This document shows, piece after piece, positions 28,355-45,746 of a stretch of 64,000 nt of DNA. Below the pieces are notes generated by a model, which was given only the letters and a program-made list of their open reading frames with translations, was not told the origin of the DNA and searched no databases. The DNA lies in NCBI RefSeq assembly GCF_009914755.1, contig NC_060930.1. The stretch is one strand, 5' to 3'. This DNA comes from the human T2T-CHM13v2.0 reference genome, Homo sapiens. Both the position numbers and the translations under genes were made by a program. Every line of letters starts with the position of its first letter. Positions within the stretch are counted from its first letter, which is position 1.

Positions 28355-28826
28355 TGTTACAAGACTGTTCTTTGGGTGGCCTTGGACCAACCCAGTTCCC
28401 CGTTTTGCTTGTAGGTTTCAAGAATAACTAGAATGTTCTGGGAATGTAAAATCCTGAGGTAAGGAGGAAGTGGCTGGAATACTATAGGCTCTTTTGCAGC
28501 TCCCTCATCTTCCCAGAACAGGGTATTCTTCAACAATTTAGTCCAGTGGTTAATGTGACCCTGAGGTGTATGACTTGGGGCAGGCTGCCATTGAGGGTCC
28601 CTCCACTGTGGTGTAATTGGGCATGCACAGCAGAGACTTGATCCACCCTGGGTAGCTTTCCTGAGCCATGGGAGACTGGCTTGTGGTGCATCCTAGGCTT
28701 CTGTTGTCCCTCATTGCCTATCTGTAAGTGATAAATCTGCTTCCTATAACTTGTGCTGTATGTGAGTGTTCTGTTTCACTGGACTCAGACAAATTGGTAA
28801 TCAGCGCACCGGGAACCTGCTTCACA
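28355..28826 (+). mobile_element. ERVL solo LTR (LTR53/MER54/MER74 group)
   Basis: TG...CA; ends ggactcagacaaattggtaatcagcgcaccgggaacctgcttcaca; locally GC-richer. Confidence 0.7.
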
Positions 28827-30641
28827 TCTGTCAGCATCAGCGTTTCGAAAGCGTTTCTCTACTAACTTGTTTCTCAAAAACTTTTATCTCCCAAAGAGCA
28901 ATCATTCTCCCCATCTCTTATCATTTTTCCGGTCAGCCAGATCATTCGGATTCTCCAAATCAGATTCAACTCAAGTCTTGTGTTCCCTATTAAAACTTTC
29001 AGAATACGAAGCATTGAAATGGTAGTGGGTCAAGCTGAAGAGTTTACTCCTATTTAATTGAATTCTGGTGTTTATTTGAAATAGGTTTAGCTCAGTGATT
29101 GAAAATCAAGCTTTATTTCAAATATGCCTTTTGCTTAATGCTGCAGAATTGCATTTTCAATGTTGGAGAGAAGTTTATAGAGAAGAAGAACCATGTCTAA
29201 TGGGTATTAAAATGCAATTTCACAGACATTCTTGAAACCGTTCCTCTAATAATATTACTTCGCACTTAACTAATTTATTTGTTTAATGTGAAGTTAGCAA
29301 GAAAACTAAAATCAGAAAAATAAAAATAAATCTGGGCCATTTCCACAAAACAAATATATACAGGCACACAAAATTGGCTTGCATTTTTTGATACAAGTAG
29401 ATTTTTATCAACATATTATTGCCACACAATCAGGGCTGTTTTTTAATACATTATTTTGAAAGGTAGGTCAGCATCACATTTCCTGCAAGGATTTGTTTTA
29501 TTAAGTCAGTGATTGTAAGAGGGATTAAACCATAAGGGACTACTTCCTATATATAGGTCACATATTCATTTACATAACCTTTTCTGACAGTGGGGAACTT
29601 AAACAAATAATTTGGATATTTTTACACAAGGAAAGTAGTCAAGCAGAAACACAGGGAGATAAATATCCTCTAGAATTCCAATTCCAAAATGGAAATAAAC
29701 AAAACAAAATATTTCCATGAGTTGTAAGTAAAATCATCTCAATACTAGCCAGTAGGTAATTGAAATTGCTACATTACTTTGAGTCAGGGAAATACTAGGA
29801 TGATGACTAGAATTGGAAAATAACAGAACCTTTTCTTCTTCTCTAATGATATTAATTTCCTACACCAGAACATGGACAGAATGATACTCTTGACAAATGA
29901 ATAAGAGAACTGTACTCATTCTCACTTCAGCTAATATGTTCTATGGTGCGAAAAGTGGGGAGGTGATAAATCAGGCCACTTATACTGAGTACAGTGAAAG
30001 TATTGTTTTCTAACTTCAGCCATGTTCCCAAGTGGCCAGGATCATGGATAAGAAATGGATGTTTTATAGTACACAAGGCTCATACAGGGGGCAATTTTAC
30101 TTTCATTATCCAGATTCTGTACACATTCATCTTTAGCCTCCACTTCTACAGATCATATTTTGAAGAATTTCATTGGCCCTCTAATTCACCTTTTTGTTTA
30201 TATGAGAACTTTTTTTTCTCAGCATTACTAACAGAGTGTTACTGTATCTCTTATTGAAGATTATTATTAATTACACAAGGTAATATATTTAATTACAAGA
30301 AAATATTAAAAAATTAAAACTTTGGTATGACATTGAGCTAAAATTCATCAACATGTCTACATTTCTCATAACATTGACTACCCACTATTCCAGTTTTTCT
30401 AAGTTCCTTTATAGCTCTGACACCCTAAAATAAACATTTTTAGAAGTGATCTCATTAGCAGAGAGAATACAGGCTCTATTGTTTTCATAAACCAAGATAT
30501 TGTATTTTCACAATTGTACCCAAGATCTTTGTTTGCTCTTTTAAACACATCACATCATTTGTAGGTATTGGTCTTGTGGTCTTCTAAAATCTCTAGGCCT
30601 TTTTAAGGCAGTTTTTCTTTTCTAGGTCTTCCTTTACTATA

Positions 30642-31026
30642 CGTATTAGTCCATTCTCAAACTGCTGTAAAGAACTATCTGAGACTGGGTAATTTATAAA
30701 GAAAGAGGTTTAATTGGCTCACGGTTCCACAGGATATACAGGAAGGATGGCTGGGGAGGCCTCAGGAAATTCACAATCATGTCACAAGGCAAAGGAGAAG
30801 CCTGCACATCCTACATGGCTGGAGCAGGAGGAAGAGAGAGTAAAGAGGGAAGTCCTACACACTTCTAAACACCAGATCTTGTGAGAACTCACTCACTGTC
30901 TTGAGAACAGCCAGGGGGATGTCTGCTGCCATGATCTAATCACCTCCCAGTAGGCCTCCTCCTCCAATATTGAGGATTACAATTCGACATGAGATTTGGG
31001 TGAAGACACATAGCCAAACCATATCA
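30642..31026 (-). mobile_element. THE1D-like MaLR solo LTR
   Basis: gtattagtccattctca..gaggtttaattggctcacggttcc..ccaaaccatatca; 385 bp; TSD ctata/ccata. Confidence 0.92.
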
Positions 31027-32892
31027 CCATACTTAGAAATTTATCATTGATTATGCATGTTATACTTTTCAATTATAGTTTCAATGAAGAGGTCACATAG
31101 ACTTCCATTTTTCATATGTACTATGTTTACTGTCTGTTAAAGTTGTGTGTCTCTTGACTTTTTGATGATTATTCTTTGTATGTCTTCCTCCAAAAGACAC
31201 AACAATATCCAATTTATTTAATCTGGAAGTTTTGATCCACTGATTAAGAATCAACCTAATTGTCCTATAATCTAAACTGAATTTCAGTCTAAACAGAGAC
31301 TGTAACAGATTATTAAAGGGGAAAGAAATTTAGAGAACATTTAATCAAATACCATCTTTGAAGGCTAGAAAAAATTAGTGTCAGATAAATGAAATGGCTT
31401 TCTTAATATAGTTAAGCATTTGTGGAAAGTGAGCTATAACATATTTATTTGTAGTACTCTCTATATCAGGGAATATTTTCCCATATTTATAAACCATATT
31501 GGTGAACTACAGTAATTAATTGTGGTTATTAAATTCAACTAACTTTTCTAGATTATAGGCTGCAGCTAATCAAGTTTCTATTACTATCACAGTCTCTTTA
31601 AAAGAAGAAATGATGCAAATACTTTATTTTCACCTGCTAATTATTACATTTGTTAATGAAATAAATGCATTATTTCCTGATGTTAGGAGGGAGTTCAAGA
31701 ATACCAGTTATAATTTTTTTTTTTAGTATTTAGAAATAAATAAGTGTACTCTGGGGTCTGTATCAATCTCAGAACATTCTGAACTTAGAAACAGCTTTAT
31801 CACAATATTGGCTACTGGCTTAGTGGTTGGAAAAATTGTTTTGTTAAAGTTGAAAGAAGCAGCAAAGAAAGTTCATGATTTATTGATCTGTTTTTCTTGC
31901 TAGCTTGAAATAAGAGAATTGGTACCAATTCTCTATGCATATATTGATTATTATATAAAAGGACCTGTAAAAGGAGCAGTTGAATACTGTTGAAAATGGC
32001 TAAAAATGTTTCCGGACAAACCTTATGAGATTTTCATGGGGTCAATTTTATTTGAACACTACACTCTTATTTTTGTTACTTTTCAAAGAAAAGGGAAAGC
32101 TAATTTAAGTCAGATACTGCTCTTTTTACTGTGAATACAAAAGGATCAATGATCTTAATGGGTTGATGGTAAAGCCTCCAAATTGAAAACTACGACAGCT
32201 GATTCACATTTCATAACTAGTATCTAATTCTCATAAAGTCTTAAAGTTAATGAAATTAAAATACTTAATGAATGAAGTTCCACTCAAAAAAATGTAGAAC
32301 CACCATGCCCACACTGCCTTCATTTGAATCTTTCTTTGCATTGCTTTAAATCTAAGTCTTACAGACATTATTAAGTCAATATGTACAGGGGGTATATAAA
32401 ATGATCATTATCTTATTTTATAAATGATTAACGCCATAGTAGTTATTTTTAGGAACTATTATGAGAAAACATTCCCAACAAGGAGAATAGAAATAAAATG
32501 CAGGTTTCCATCTGCATTTTCAGTTTTTAAAATCTCTTGATACATTTACAGATTTAAAAAGCATAAAAATATATGAGGTACAGTTGAGTGGTCAGAAGAT
32601 CACAGTGATACATAAAATAAATACAAACCTAGTAACTACAAATACAGAAAAGTACAGTTTGGAATTATTCCCTCAAACACTAAAGTGACATTCTTATTGA
32701 TGATGCAATTTTATTTTGGTGAAATTTCAAACAACAAAGTATGCTCTTTTTTAAATTTACCTTATAGTTGTTTTCTGGAAAATTTAAATTAAAACAGTAC
32801 AAATTATTTTGTTTATAAGTAAAAGATAATTTGGTTCTTGGTCCAAATAATACAGAGTCTCCTCACTCGACTTTGCATGAATAACTGACAAG

Positions 32893-32916
32893 AGTTCAAA
32901 AGAGGTCAAAAGGTCT
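32893..32916 (+). promoter_or_regulatory. Composite DR4 + DR2 nuclear-receptor element
   Basis: AGTTCA-aaag-AGGTCA-aa-AGGTCT. Confidence 0.35.
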
Positions 32917-33399
32917 TGCAGGGGCTGAAAAGTTTTTCTTCATGTTATATGATGAACTTATGCACTGCAGGACATCTGGTACCCCAGCCATCCCCCAGTG
33001 AAATGTGTGCGGTTACTCCCAATACACTTTTACAACCAAAAAATCCATATACATTTCTAAAGCATCACTTGATGTGGCTCCACTCCTCATAATAACATCA
33101 GTTATATGGTATGCTATAGATTAGATACAATATGGTATATGAGTAAACATACAGAGGTAGTCACTACCATCTTATTAGGAATAGAACTGAGACCTTAAAG
33201 TAGAATCAAAAGAGAGGAAACTTTCAGTATAAGAAAAACTGAATACCCCAGAATGTAGTATGTTCCTGGTATGCAGGCAAGTGAAGCAAAAATGAATCAC
33301 TTAGTAATAATTTGCAAAAAGCAATTCTTCCAGTGCTTAATTAATTGAATGGCCACATTTCCAAGAACCAAGTATTATAGTAGAATTTTTCCAATTGAG

Positions 33400-33800
33400 A
33401 ATTTTTGAGTTATCAATCCACAAATATTTCTATATCAATTTATCTTTTTCTGACATCACCCAGTTGTCATTTTATTGGATAATAAAAATTTCTTGTATAT
33501 TTTGTATTGTGGGTGTTGTTCGTGTCACAAGATCAAATATTTTATCAATGGTAGGATATCTTTCATATCCACAATGTTTTATCCCCCCTTCTCTTAATGT
33601 TTAGATTTAGAAATATCTTTACAAATTTATGATTTGCAAATATGCACACACTTGAGGATTACTGACGTAGTTTAAGAGGAATTCTTGAATTTAGCTGTAA
33701 ATTGATTATAAGATCACTAACATTTCAACTAAATTTCTCTTCTATTATAATTTCTTCCTTGCAGTGTTCTTGATAATTATTTATGTGCAGTTGTCTTATA
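33400..33800 (-). mobile_element. Old L1ME-type fragment
   Basis: Degenerate antisense L1 3'-region wording (caatgtttt..atgcacac..gattactga..ggaattcttg). Confidence 0.4.
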
Positions 33801-34039
33801 TCCTCCTTTGGAATGATGATTGAGGAGTGTGGCTATGTCTAATTTATTGAATAATCATATTTCCTAAAATCTGTAGCTCCTTGTCATAGCACTTATGAAT
33901 GCTCAATGAATAGTCTTGCTTGACTCACTAAACTTGATCGTGAAGCAGATTTGGCAGAGACTATGTCTATGTCTTTCTGTTACGAAAATAACCAGTCAGG
34001 TCTGGCAAACTGTGAAGGGAAGAACAAATGAGACTTCAA

Positions 34040-34520
34040 GTTGAATGATTGTCATCATATATAAAAACTAGCCAGCCGACCGCTCTTTTTCTTTCATTTT
34101 CCCACTAGCTGTGTGATTGTCACGTCACCGGACTGCTCAATGAACCGTTTAAATAAATTGACTGGTTAATTTCAGCAGGTATCTGATTGATTCAAATCTT
34201 TTTATTTACTTTTTATTCCACAAAACTTAAAGGATGCTGGAACTGATCACGTCATCAGATAAATTTAGCCAGACCTACGTCTAGCCTGGGTCTTTGATGT
34301 CAGATCACTGAGAAACAAAAAGGAAAATTAAAGGAACCAGGGGCCCTAAAAGAATCGTCGGTGGTACCTTTCTCTTTTTCTTTCTGCTGATTCCTCCTTC
34401 TTTTTCCTATATTCCATTAACACTCTCCTTTTTTTTTCAACTCCTGCTGCTTCAGCATGTTGAAAGATAGTAAGCTATGCATAAAATCAGATGCGCTATT
34501 GTGAGCCCCGCCAACGATGC
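34040..34520. promoter_or_regulatory. Candidate promoter/enhancer: TATA box, two CRE-like sites, local CpG retention
   Basis: TATATAAAAA at 34058-67; TCACGTCA at 34120-27 and 34247-54; about 12 CpGs in ~450 bp of non-repeat DNA. Confidence 0.45.
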
Positions 34521-34539
34521 TAGATGAGACACACAGCAA

Positions 34540-34892
<353 letters not shown>

Positions 34893-36829
34893 TTATGTCA
34901 GAAGAAAGCTGTGGCATTGTGTGTGTAACTGACCATTTGCCAGCCCATAAAGCACCGCAGAGACACTTACGTAGTATTCGGTTATTTTATTCCTAAGCAT
35001 TGTCAAAATCACTTTTTCTCCTAAGAGTCTAGCAACTGAGGAAGTAAACAAGTATTTACTGAACTATTAAGATTATAATGATTCTTCTCCTCAAAAACAT
35101 TAAAGAAGAAAAAAATGTATTGTGCCGAAACAGAAAGGAGTCCAGGGATGACAATGAAAAAAAGTTGTTTCCCTGTTTGCTTTTTTGTCTGTTTACATGC
35201 CCAAATGAAGCAATTTCAATGTCTTTCTTAATGTGGAAAGGGTGATCAAATCCATCTTATTTTAGTCGCTTATCTCTCTTACCTGCCATTCCTGAAATTT
35301 TGCACATTGTAAATGTAAGTAAAAAAACTGAAGTACCGAGTGAAAAAAAATAGTCTTCAAAATATAGTTCTTAAACACATTTATGTCAAGAAACTGAAAG
35401 GTGAATGGTCTGACAGACATTTTTATAATCTCATTTTTTAATGAAGAAGCAAAAAAGCAATCTTTGAAAAACAGAACAATATAATTTTAATTCATTTTGC
35501 GTTAATGGCTGAAGACCAGAGGCAAAATAAACCAAACAGGAAGAGAAAATAGTACATATGGGTAATATGACTCGGATAATGCTACTAAGGAACCATAAGT
35601 TTTTACTTTAATAACTTTAATATGATTCAATTTTCAATTTTAACATTATAATGACTCACAATCCTAATTACTACTTCTTTTCTGCATTTCACATTCTTTC
35701 TTCTTGGGATTGTTGCTAACACTACTTCCTGGTTAGCACATTTACTTTATTTTTGTCTCTTTTAAAAACATGCAATCAACATTTCAGCATAATAATTTTC
35801 CAGCTGTATTTTGCATTCTTTGCTCAGAAATGTTTTTAGAAAGAATGCTAAAACTCTCAACATTTCATGCGCTAAAAATGTTTCAGGAATTGTATTTCCT
35901 CAAATTTTTCATATGCATGTATAATTTATTTTAAATGGACAACATTATCAACATACTAAGCATATTAAAGAGCATATCTTGTTCTCTATGTCTCAGTTTT
36001 CCTAAAACTTACAGATTCTTTGTAAAGAAAGATAAGCTTTTATTGCCTGTGTCATAAGAAATAATCATATGCATTTTTTTGAAACCAGAAATAATCATCA
36101 AATATCTTTAAAAATTTATCTGTGGAGTCTATTAACTATTGATTCTCCATCAGATTTTCCTTCAAAAAATTTTTAAGGCAAACGTGTTAAATGTGTTTTT
36201 ATTTAAATAGCAGAAATGTCTGTTACACCAAAATCTTACACAGGACCTCATTTATGAAAAAGATCCAAATAGACTTGAACTGAATGGGTCAGAGGGCTGT
36301 GTTCTGCTACGTAATTTTCTACTTGCCTCTGCAGCAACTTGTGGAGATCCAAAATTAACCCAAGTTTCCACAAAACACTGTTGGAAAATCAGAGTCAGTT
36401 GCCAAACTTAAAAGCATTTTGCATTTCCTTGGCTTATGAACCAAGAAAAGGAGCTTTGCTTTCCACTCCTGTGCCTCAAACCACTCACCAACCCACCCAA
36501 TCCATTCTAGGCTTCTACAACACTCTGTATTTATCTCTCACAGCTCTCGACATATTTCAGACTTTACTCTTTATATGCTTCTTTCCAGCTAGTTTGGCCT
36601 CTCCGTTAATTCACAGACTATAATTCTCAAGATTTTTATATCCTTATTTGCTAACATTATCTTGGGCAAATACTAAGTACTCAGGAAACATTTGCTAAAT
36701 AATGACTTGAAGAACCAACAAATGATCAAATAAATAAATATATAATTTAAGAATAAATTAAATATACACTGATCAGTAGAATAAAAAGTATAAAATAATG
36801 TTTAATAATACCAATTTGCCATTAATAAT

Positions 36830-37779
36830 CTATCTGCATACTATCTAACCTTCTTGCACATCTGTAGACTCAATAAAGAAGCTTCCCTCCTTATACCTAA
36901 ACAAATCCCTTTACCTATTGCATTGTGGTATCCTTCTGTGTTCTCAGGAACTTTTTTGCTATAGATTGTTCTTCCCTTCTCTATTTTCAACCTTCCCTCC
37001 ACTGATTATTTCCCTTCAGAAAGTAAAAATTCTCAAGTTTATCCAAAAAAAAAGAAATATCTTATTTTAACTCCATCACCACTTCATGTCTTACCATTCC
37101 CAGTCAAATATGTTAATAGTTCATGAAAAATACAGTCTACTCTGTTTCCACTAATGTTTTATGTATTCCTCAATCTGCTGCCCATTATCACTACAATGTG
37201 TCACTTTTGCCAAAATAAAATGAATAGTAACAAAAGTGATGATGATAATAACAACATGTTATGGTTTCCCATGTACCAGGCATTGTTCTAATTAGTTACA
37301 TGTTTTAATTTAATACTCCATAAGAACTGACACTGAAATACACACCTTAACTAGATAACACAATTATTAGTGGTAGAGTCAGTATTTGTGTCCAATCAGT
37401 AGGCTTCAAAACCCACACTTTATAACTGCTAGACTCCAGAGACTGTCACCAAAAGTTATTGAACAATTCTGGGACTTCTTTCCCAGTCTAACATTATTGA
37501 TTGAATATTTCTTCCTTCAAAAAATATTCTACTTCCTAACTTTTGGTGAGATGTTCTTCTGATTACTTTTTTCTTCCTTTGGTTATTCTCTTAATGTCTT
37601 TTCTCCCTGAACATTAAATATGGGTATTTCTCAAAATTATATCCTATGTTCTCTTTTCTTATTCCACCTACTTTTTCTTGGAGAGCTAATTCCTTCCAGT
37701 GGCCTCAATTACTGTCTCTGCATTAATATTAATAACTCAATAATCTTTATCTCCTATTCATTTCTATTTACAAAACTAA

Positions 37780-37833
<54 letters not shown>

Positions 37834-37900
37834 ACCTTTAAACATTTGTACTTTGATAATCCATGGTCCTCAAATTCTAAATGTCCAAAGCTGAGTAATA
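36830..37900. mobile_element. L2 remnants with an embedded MIR (~37240-37440)
   Basis: L2 wording (cttaaatatgggtatttctcaa-like; tcaaattctaaatgtccaaagctgag); MIR wording ccatgtaccaggcattgttcta. Confidence 0.5.
37782..37827. repeat. (AT)23 microsatellite
   Basis: Pure dinucleotide run. Confidence 0.97.
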
Positions 37901-37989
37901 GACACCAAAATTTAAATGATCATGTTTAAAATGTTTAAAAATACAGAGAACTAGCTGAAACATTTCGAGAAAGAATGAGAACGTATGGA

Positions 37990-40410
37990 AAAATAAATGA
38001 AAATTATAGCGATGTAAAGTGGAGAAAGAGCATCATGTTTGCTACTGGCTCTTAGAAGAGACTGAGGTCCTAACCATGGTAGTATCAGATGACCCTTCAG
38101 CCTGAGATACCTATCACTAACTGGTATTATCTGACCCACAGCCAAAAAGTTGTTCATGCACAGTAGGAATATATTATCAACTAAAAATATTTACATATAA
38201 GAGACTAGGCTCAGGCATGTCTGAAAGGTACAAGTAAATTGAGCAAGTAGATCACACTTTCTTGATACTGACTCCTGCTACACTAACCTCTCCTTTCACC
38301 ATTGCCTAAGCCTTCGTGTTCTTTACAATTAGTTGAATGAGAAATTAAAACTTGAGCCTAGTTAAAAGATGGATCTACATGATATGATCCCATCCAGAAG
38401 TAGATGGCTGAGAAATTACAACCCTCCCCAGGGGTGATTCTGAAGCAGAGTCATAAAGGAAAATCCTTCCAGTGTGCAGAATCTTGAACGGTACAATTTT
38501 ATTTTACTTTCATTGGCCACTCTATTTGGCCAGGAAAAAAATGTGCTCTGATTCACAGGCAGTTGTTAAGAGTTTGGCTGAAAGGTCAGAGACTTGGAAA
38601 GAATAATATTGGAAAATTGGAAATCTAGGGAAGAGGATAGAGCTTTCAGAATGAGCCCAGATTTGAAGATATTTATATCTCATATGAATAAACACTAAGG
38701 AACATCCATTGTTGAGAAGGCTCTCAGTAATCAAGTGGACACAATGACACTGTGAATATCAGTAAACTTCTTTCTCAGGCAACCACAGTATTTGCTCAAT
38801 GGGACTATAAACAAAGTGTCTATACTGTCAGGAGTAAGACTACTAATGAGTTTAAAAATATGTTTTTCCTCTTACCAAAGCTGACCTTGCTACTACTAAT
38901 GCTAAGTACCTAAAATGTCTCTAGTAGTAACCAGTGCTGAGACCCAGTTATGACACCATACCCCAGGAGTACCATCAGGCACCTGATGGCAGGTTGATTA
39001 CATTGGACTTCTTCTTCACAAAGGGAGCAGAGATTCTGCCTCTCTGGGGTATGCACTTATTCTGCATACAGACGCAGATTTGCTTTATCTCCCAGTAATG
39101 CTTCTGCCAGCTCTGCCATCCAGTTGACTTATGGACTACCTATCTACCATCATTATATACTGCATAAAATTGCTTCTTATCAAGAAATTTATTTTATAGA
39201 AAAAGAAGTGAAGCAATTGGCTTATGCTCATATAGTTTACTTGTATTTGCACATACCTGAGAAGTCACTGGCTTAATAGAAAGATAGAATTGGCTTCCTG
39301 AGGACTCAGTTACAGTGACAGTTGGAAGACAATGCTAAACTCAATCAGAAACCATTTTATGTTCCTGTCTCCTTTATTGCCGGAATACATGGGTCTGAGA
39401 ATTAAGGAGAGGAAGTGGGAAAGACTCCTCACTAGCATACCTAATAGTCTATTTGTGAAAATTTTGGTTCTTGTATCAAGAACTTTGAGTTCTGCTAGTG
39501 TGGAATTCTTTTTTTTCCTAAAGGAAGACTGCTACTACTCAGATACACATTGTTTCCATTGAATTGACACATGAGAATGCCTCCTGGACATTTTGTGCTC
39601 CTTATGTCATCGACTTAACAAATACAGAAAGTGATTATTCTTCTGGTTTATTATATTCATAATTATATGAATATGATTATATATTATATTCATAATTATA
39701 TGAATATGATTATATATCATATTCATAATGATAATGATTATGAAGCTGAAATAGATTTGCAGTTTTACAATGGAGGCGAAGAGGAATCCATGTGGAACTC
39801 CTGGGAGTCTCTAGGGATACCTCTTAGTACTTTCACATCCAAAAGTTAAGATTAATGATAGTATAAACAAACAAAAAAAGTAGGACTTTTGAAAATAGCC
39901 CTTTCAGAATAACAGTTTGGGTTACCCCACCTAACAAAATCTTGGCCAGCTGCAGTATTTTTCTGAGAGCAAGGGAATATGGCAAAGCTTGTAGAAGAAA
40001 AGTCATAAATATTAATAATAGTCATGACCAGTTATTAAAATGTGAACTATAGTTAATTTTACTGTTTCTCCTTGTTACATGTATATGTATTAGATTATAT
40101 TAATTATATTCTCTTCTTTCCCATTTTTCTTTTTATTTTATATACAACATATTGGTGGATAATTTTATAATGTAGTCTTTAGATAACAATATTCAGTGGG
40201 ATTGTGACTGAATTTGATTAGTGAATAATATAGCAAATGATGGGCTATTAGGACCATGGGCCTCATCATTTTTGTGAGAGAAAAAGGACTTTGCACTTAC
40301 AAAAAGGATAACTTTTTATTCGATGGAATTATAGAGTTGTTTGCCTGCTGTATGGAAACTCACACTACATGAAGGATGTGTCTGGAAGATGAAGAGGTGA
40401 AGGGGTAGAT
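37990..40410 (+). mobile_element. ERVL internal region remnant (RNase H, integrase, dUTPase-like)
   Basis: Integrase motif WQVDYIG at 38987-39007, preceded by a TGA; dUTPase-like MPPGHF.LLM near 39577-39606; purine tract gaaggggtagat just before the LTR. Disrupted by stops and frameshifts. Confidence 0.85.
39649..39729. repeat. 33-bp AT-rich minisatellite (~2.4 copies) with internal hairpin
   Basis: Unit tattatattcataattatatgaatatgattata. Confidence 0.92.
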
Positions 40411-41050
40411 TATGCCCATTCTGAAAAATGCCTCTCATCTCATCATTCACTCTTCTTTACCTTTCTTTGTGATACTAGAACTGAACCTAACAGACATTCT
40501 TCCTTTGCTAGCTGGTTTAAGACATTCCTGGAAGGACACTGTGAAAGGAGACAAGTAGAAAAGAGCTTTCTTCTTCTATCTGCTGTGCTGCTTTTCAACG
40601 TGACAGCCAATCCAGAAGCATGTGGCAAGCCTGGTGGCACTCACACCAGTGGTTCATATGGACAAGCTGTGGTCAACATTCAGGATGTTTTCTCATCACC
40701 TAGCAGGCTACTCCTGTACAACACCTATGACCATGGTCTCTGGAAAGATCTTCACTATCACGTGCACTTACTTCAGCATGTTTCTTTACCACTAGCAGTC
40801 TGCATGTTCTTGCCCTTGCCAGAAATACCTGAATCTCTATTAGCAGGGGACCTCGTCTAAGTTCTTAGTTCCTTCCTGATTCACACTCTCTTAGCTCTAG
40901 AAGTGGTAGTTGTTTCCTGCATTTGTGACTTTAAAACCATTCAGTATTCTTTTTTACCCCTTTCCATAGTTAACAAATATGTATACTGAATTTTTCCTTC
41001 TTTAAATACTAATATATTTTCTATTCCCTAACTGCATCCTGACTAATACA
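40411..41050 (+). mobile_element. ERVL 3' LTR (LTR33/LTR41-like)
   Basis: Follows the purine tract; ends ttctattccctaactgcatcctgactaataca. Confidence 0.65.
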
Positions 41051-44260
<3,210 letters not shown>

Positions 44261-45437
44261 ATATTACAGCACTCATTCTCAATCACTTTTTACCTTGGAG
44301 AAAACCTTGAAAATATTTACATGTCTCAGGGAACCTCTGCAAAAAAAAAATTGTTATATCTACATTGCATAATATATTAGCATGAATAATAAATTTTAGA
44401 TATATTAGTCCAATAATAGTTGCCTCTTATTTTTTGAATAGAGAATAATCTATTTTCTGCAGATCTGCTTATGTTGGACAACTTATATCATTTTTTGTAT
44501 ATTTTTCTCTACCATCTACTAAGGTAATAGTATATATATATATAAAACAACTCAAATTTTTCTTCCTTTAAAAAAAATTTCACCTCCTACTTATTTTTTC
44601 AACTCAATTCAAGTTTTTCTGAAAGACTTAACATAGAGTTTTACTATACAGAGTTCTAATAAGGATATTACCATAAAGTATGTGAAAAAGTTTTCTTTTT
44701 TCTTTTCCCCTTCTTAAAACCAGAATTGACCTGTCAGCCAAACTTTCTTGAGTAAAATCTGGTATTAAGCTTAATTTACCTTTCTGTCCATTAATTTCTT
44801 TCCTTCCTTTTCAAGATGTATAACTCATAAAGAAAATATATAAATGGTGATTCTAATTGGATATTATTTGATGTTATTACAACATGAAATGGGTTGATAT
44901 GGTTGAATGATAAAACTACTAAAACTGTAAACCAAAGACATATGATTAAAATTATGGCCTAAAATATAATTTAACATATCTTTGGAAAAAATATTTTCTG
45001 AGTGGTATGTTTAGATTCAATATATCAGTTATCAAACTGTTATGCACATGTGTCGGTTACATAAACTTTTTCATAACTCTATATATGCCTAAAAGTTATT
45101 TTGGAATCAAATATAAATAATTAAATTTATATGAAAACTGTGCCTATGTTTCTTTGCTAAATAGTCGCTCAATGCTGGTTCAAACTTGCAATAAACACAC
45201 ATTAGTTTCATTTTAAACTGAATGAGACAATTTCTGTAGTTGCTCCCAATGCCTTTTTAAACAAGTAGAAGGTTGCATACACATGTTAGAAGTTAAAAAC
45301 TGCATCAAAGTATTCAGTGCCTTCTGACTGGAGGGAGATTCTTTTTCTTCTATAGAAATGTAGAAGGTGTCTAGAGACAGAATAGTAACTCTAATCTTGA
45401 TTGTGTGGTCACACTGCAGCTCATTAAGTTATTCCTC

Positions 45438-45746
45438 TTTTTTTTTTTTTTTTTTTGAGATAGGATTTCACTTTGTCATCCAGGCTGGAGTACAGGAGTG
45501 CAGTGAAACGGTCTTGGCTCACTATAGCCTCAACTTCTCAGGCTCAAGTGATCCTCTCACCTCAGCCTCCAGAGTAGCTAGGACTACAGGCGCACACCAT
45601 CATACCTGGCTAATTTTTGTATTTTGTATAGAGACAGGGTTTCGCCATGTTGCCCAGGCTGGTCTCCAACTCCTGAGCTCAAGCAATCTGCCTGTCTTGG
45701 CCTCCCAAATTGCTGGGATTACAGGCATGAACTATGGCTCCTGGCC
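45438..45746 (-). mobile_element. AluJ
   Basis: ggctcaagtgatcctctcacctcagcc and gttgcccaggctggtctc diagnostics; TSD t(a/c)ttcctctt. Confidence 0.94.
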
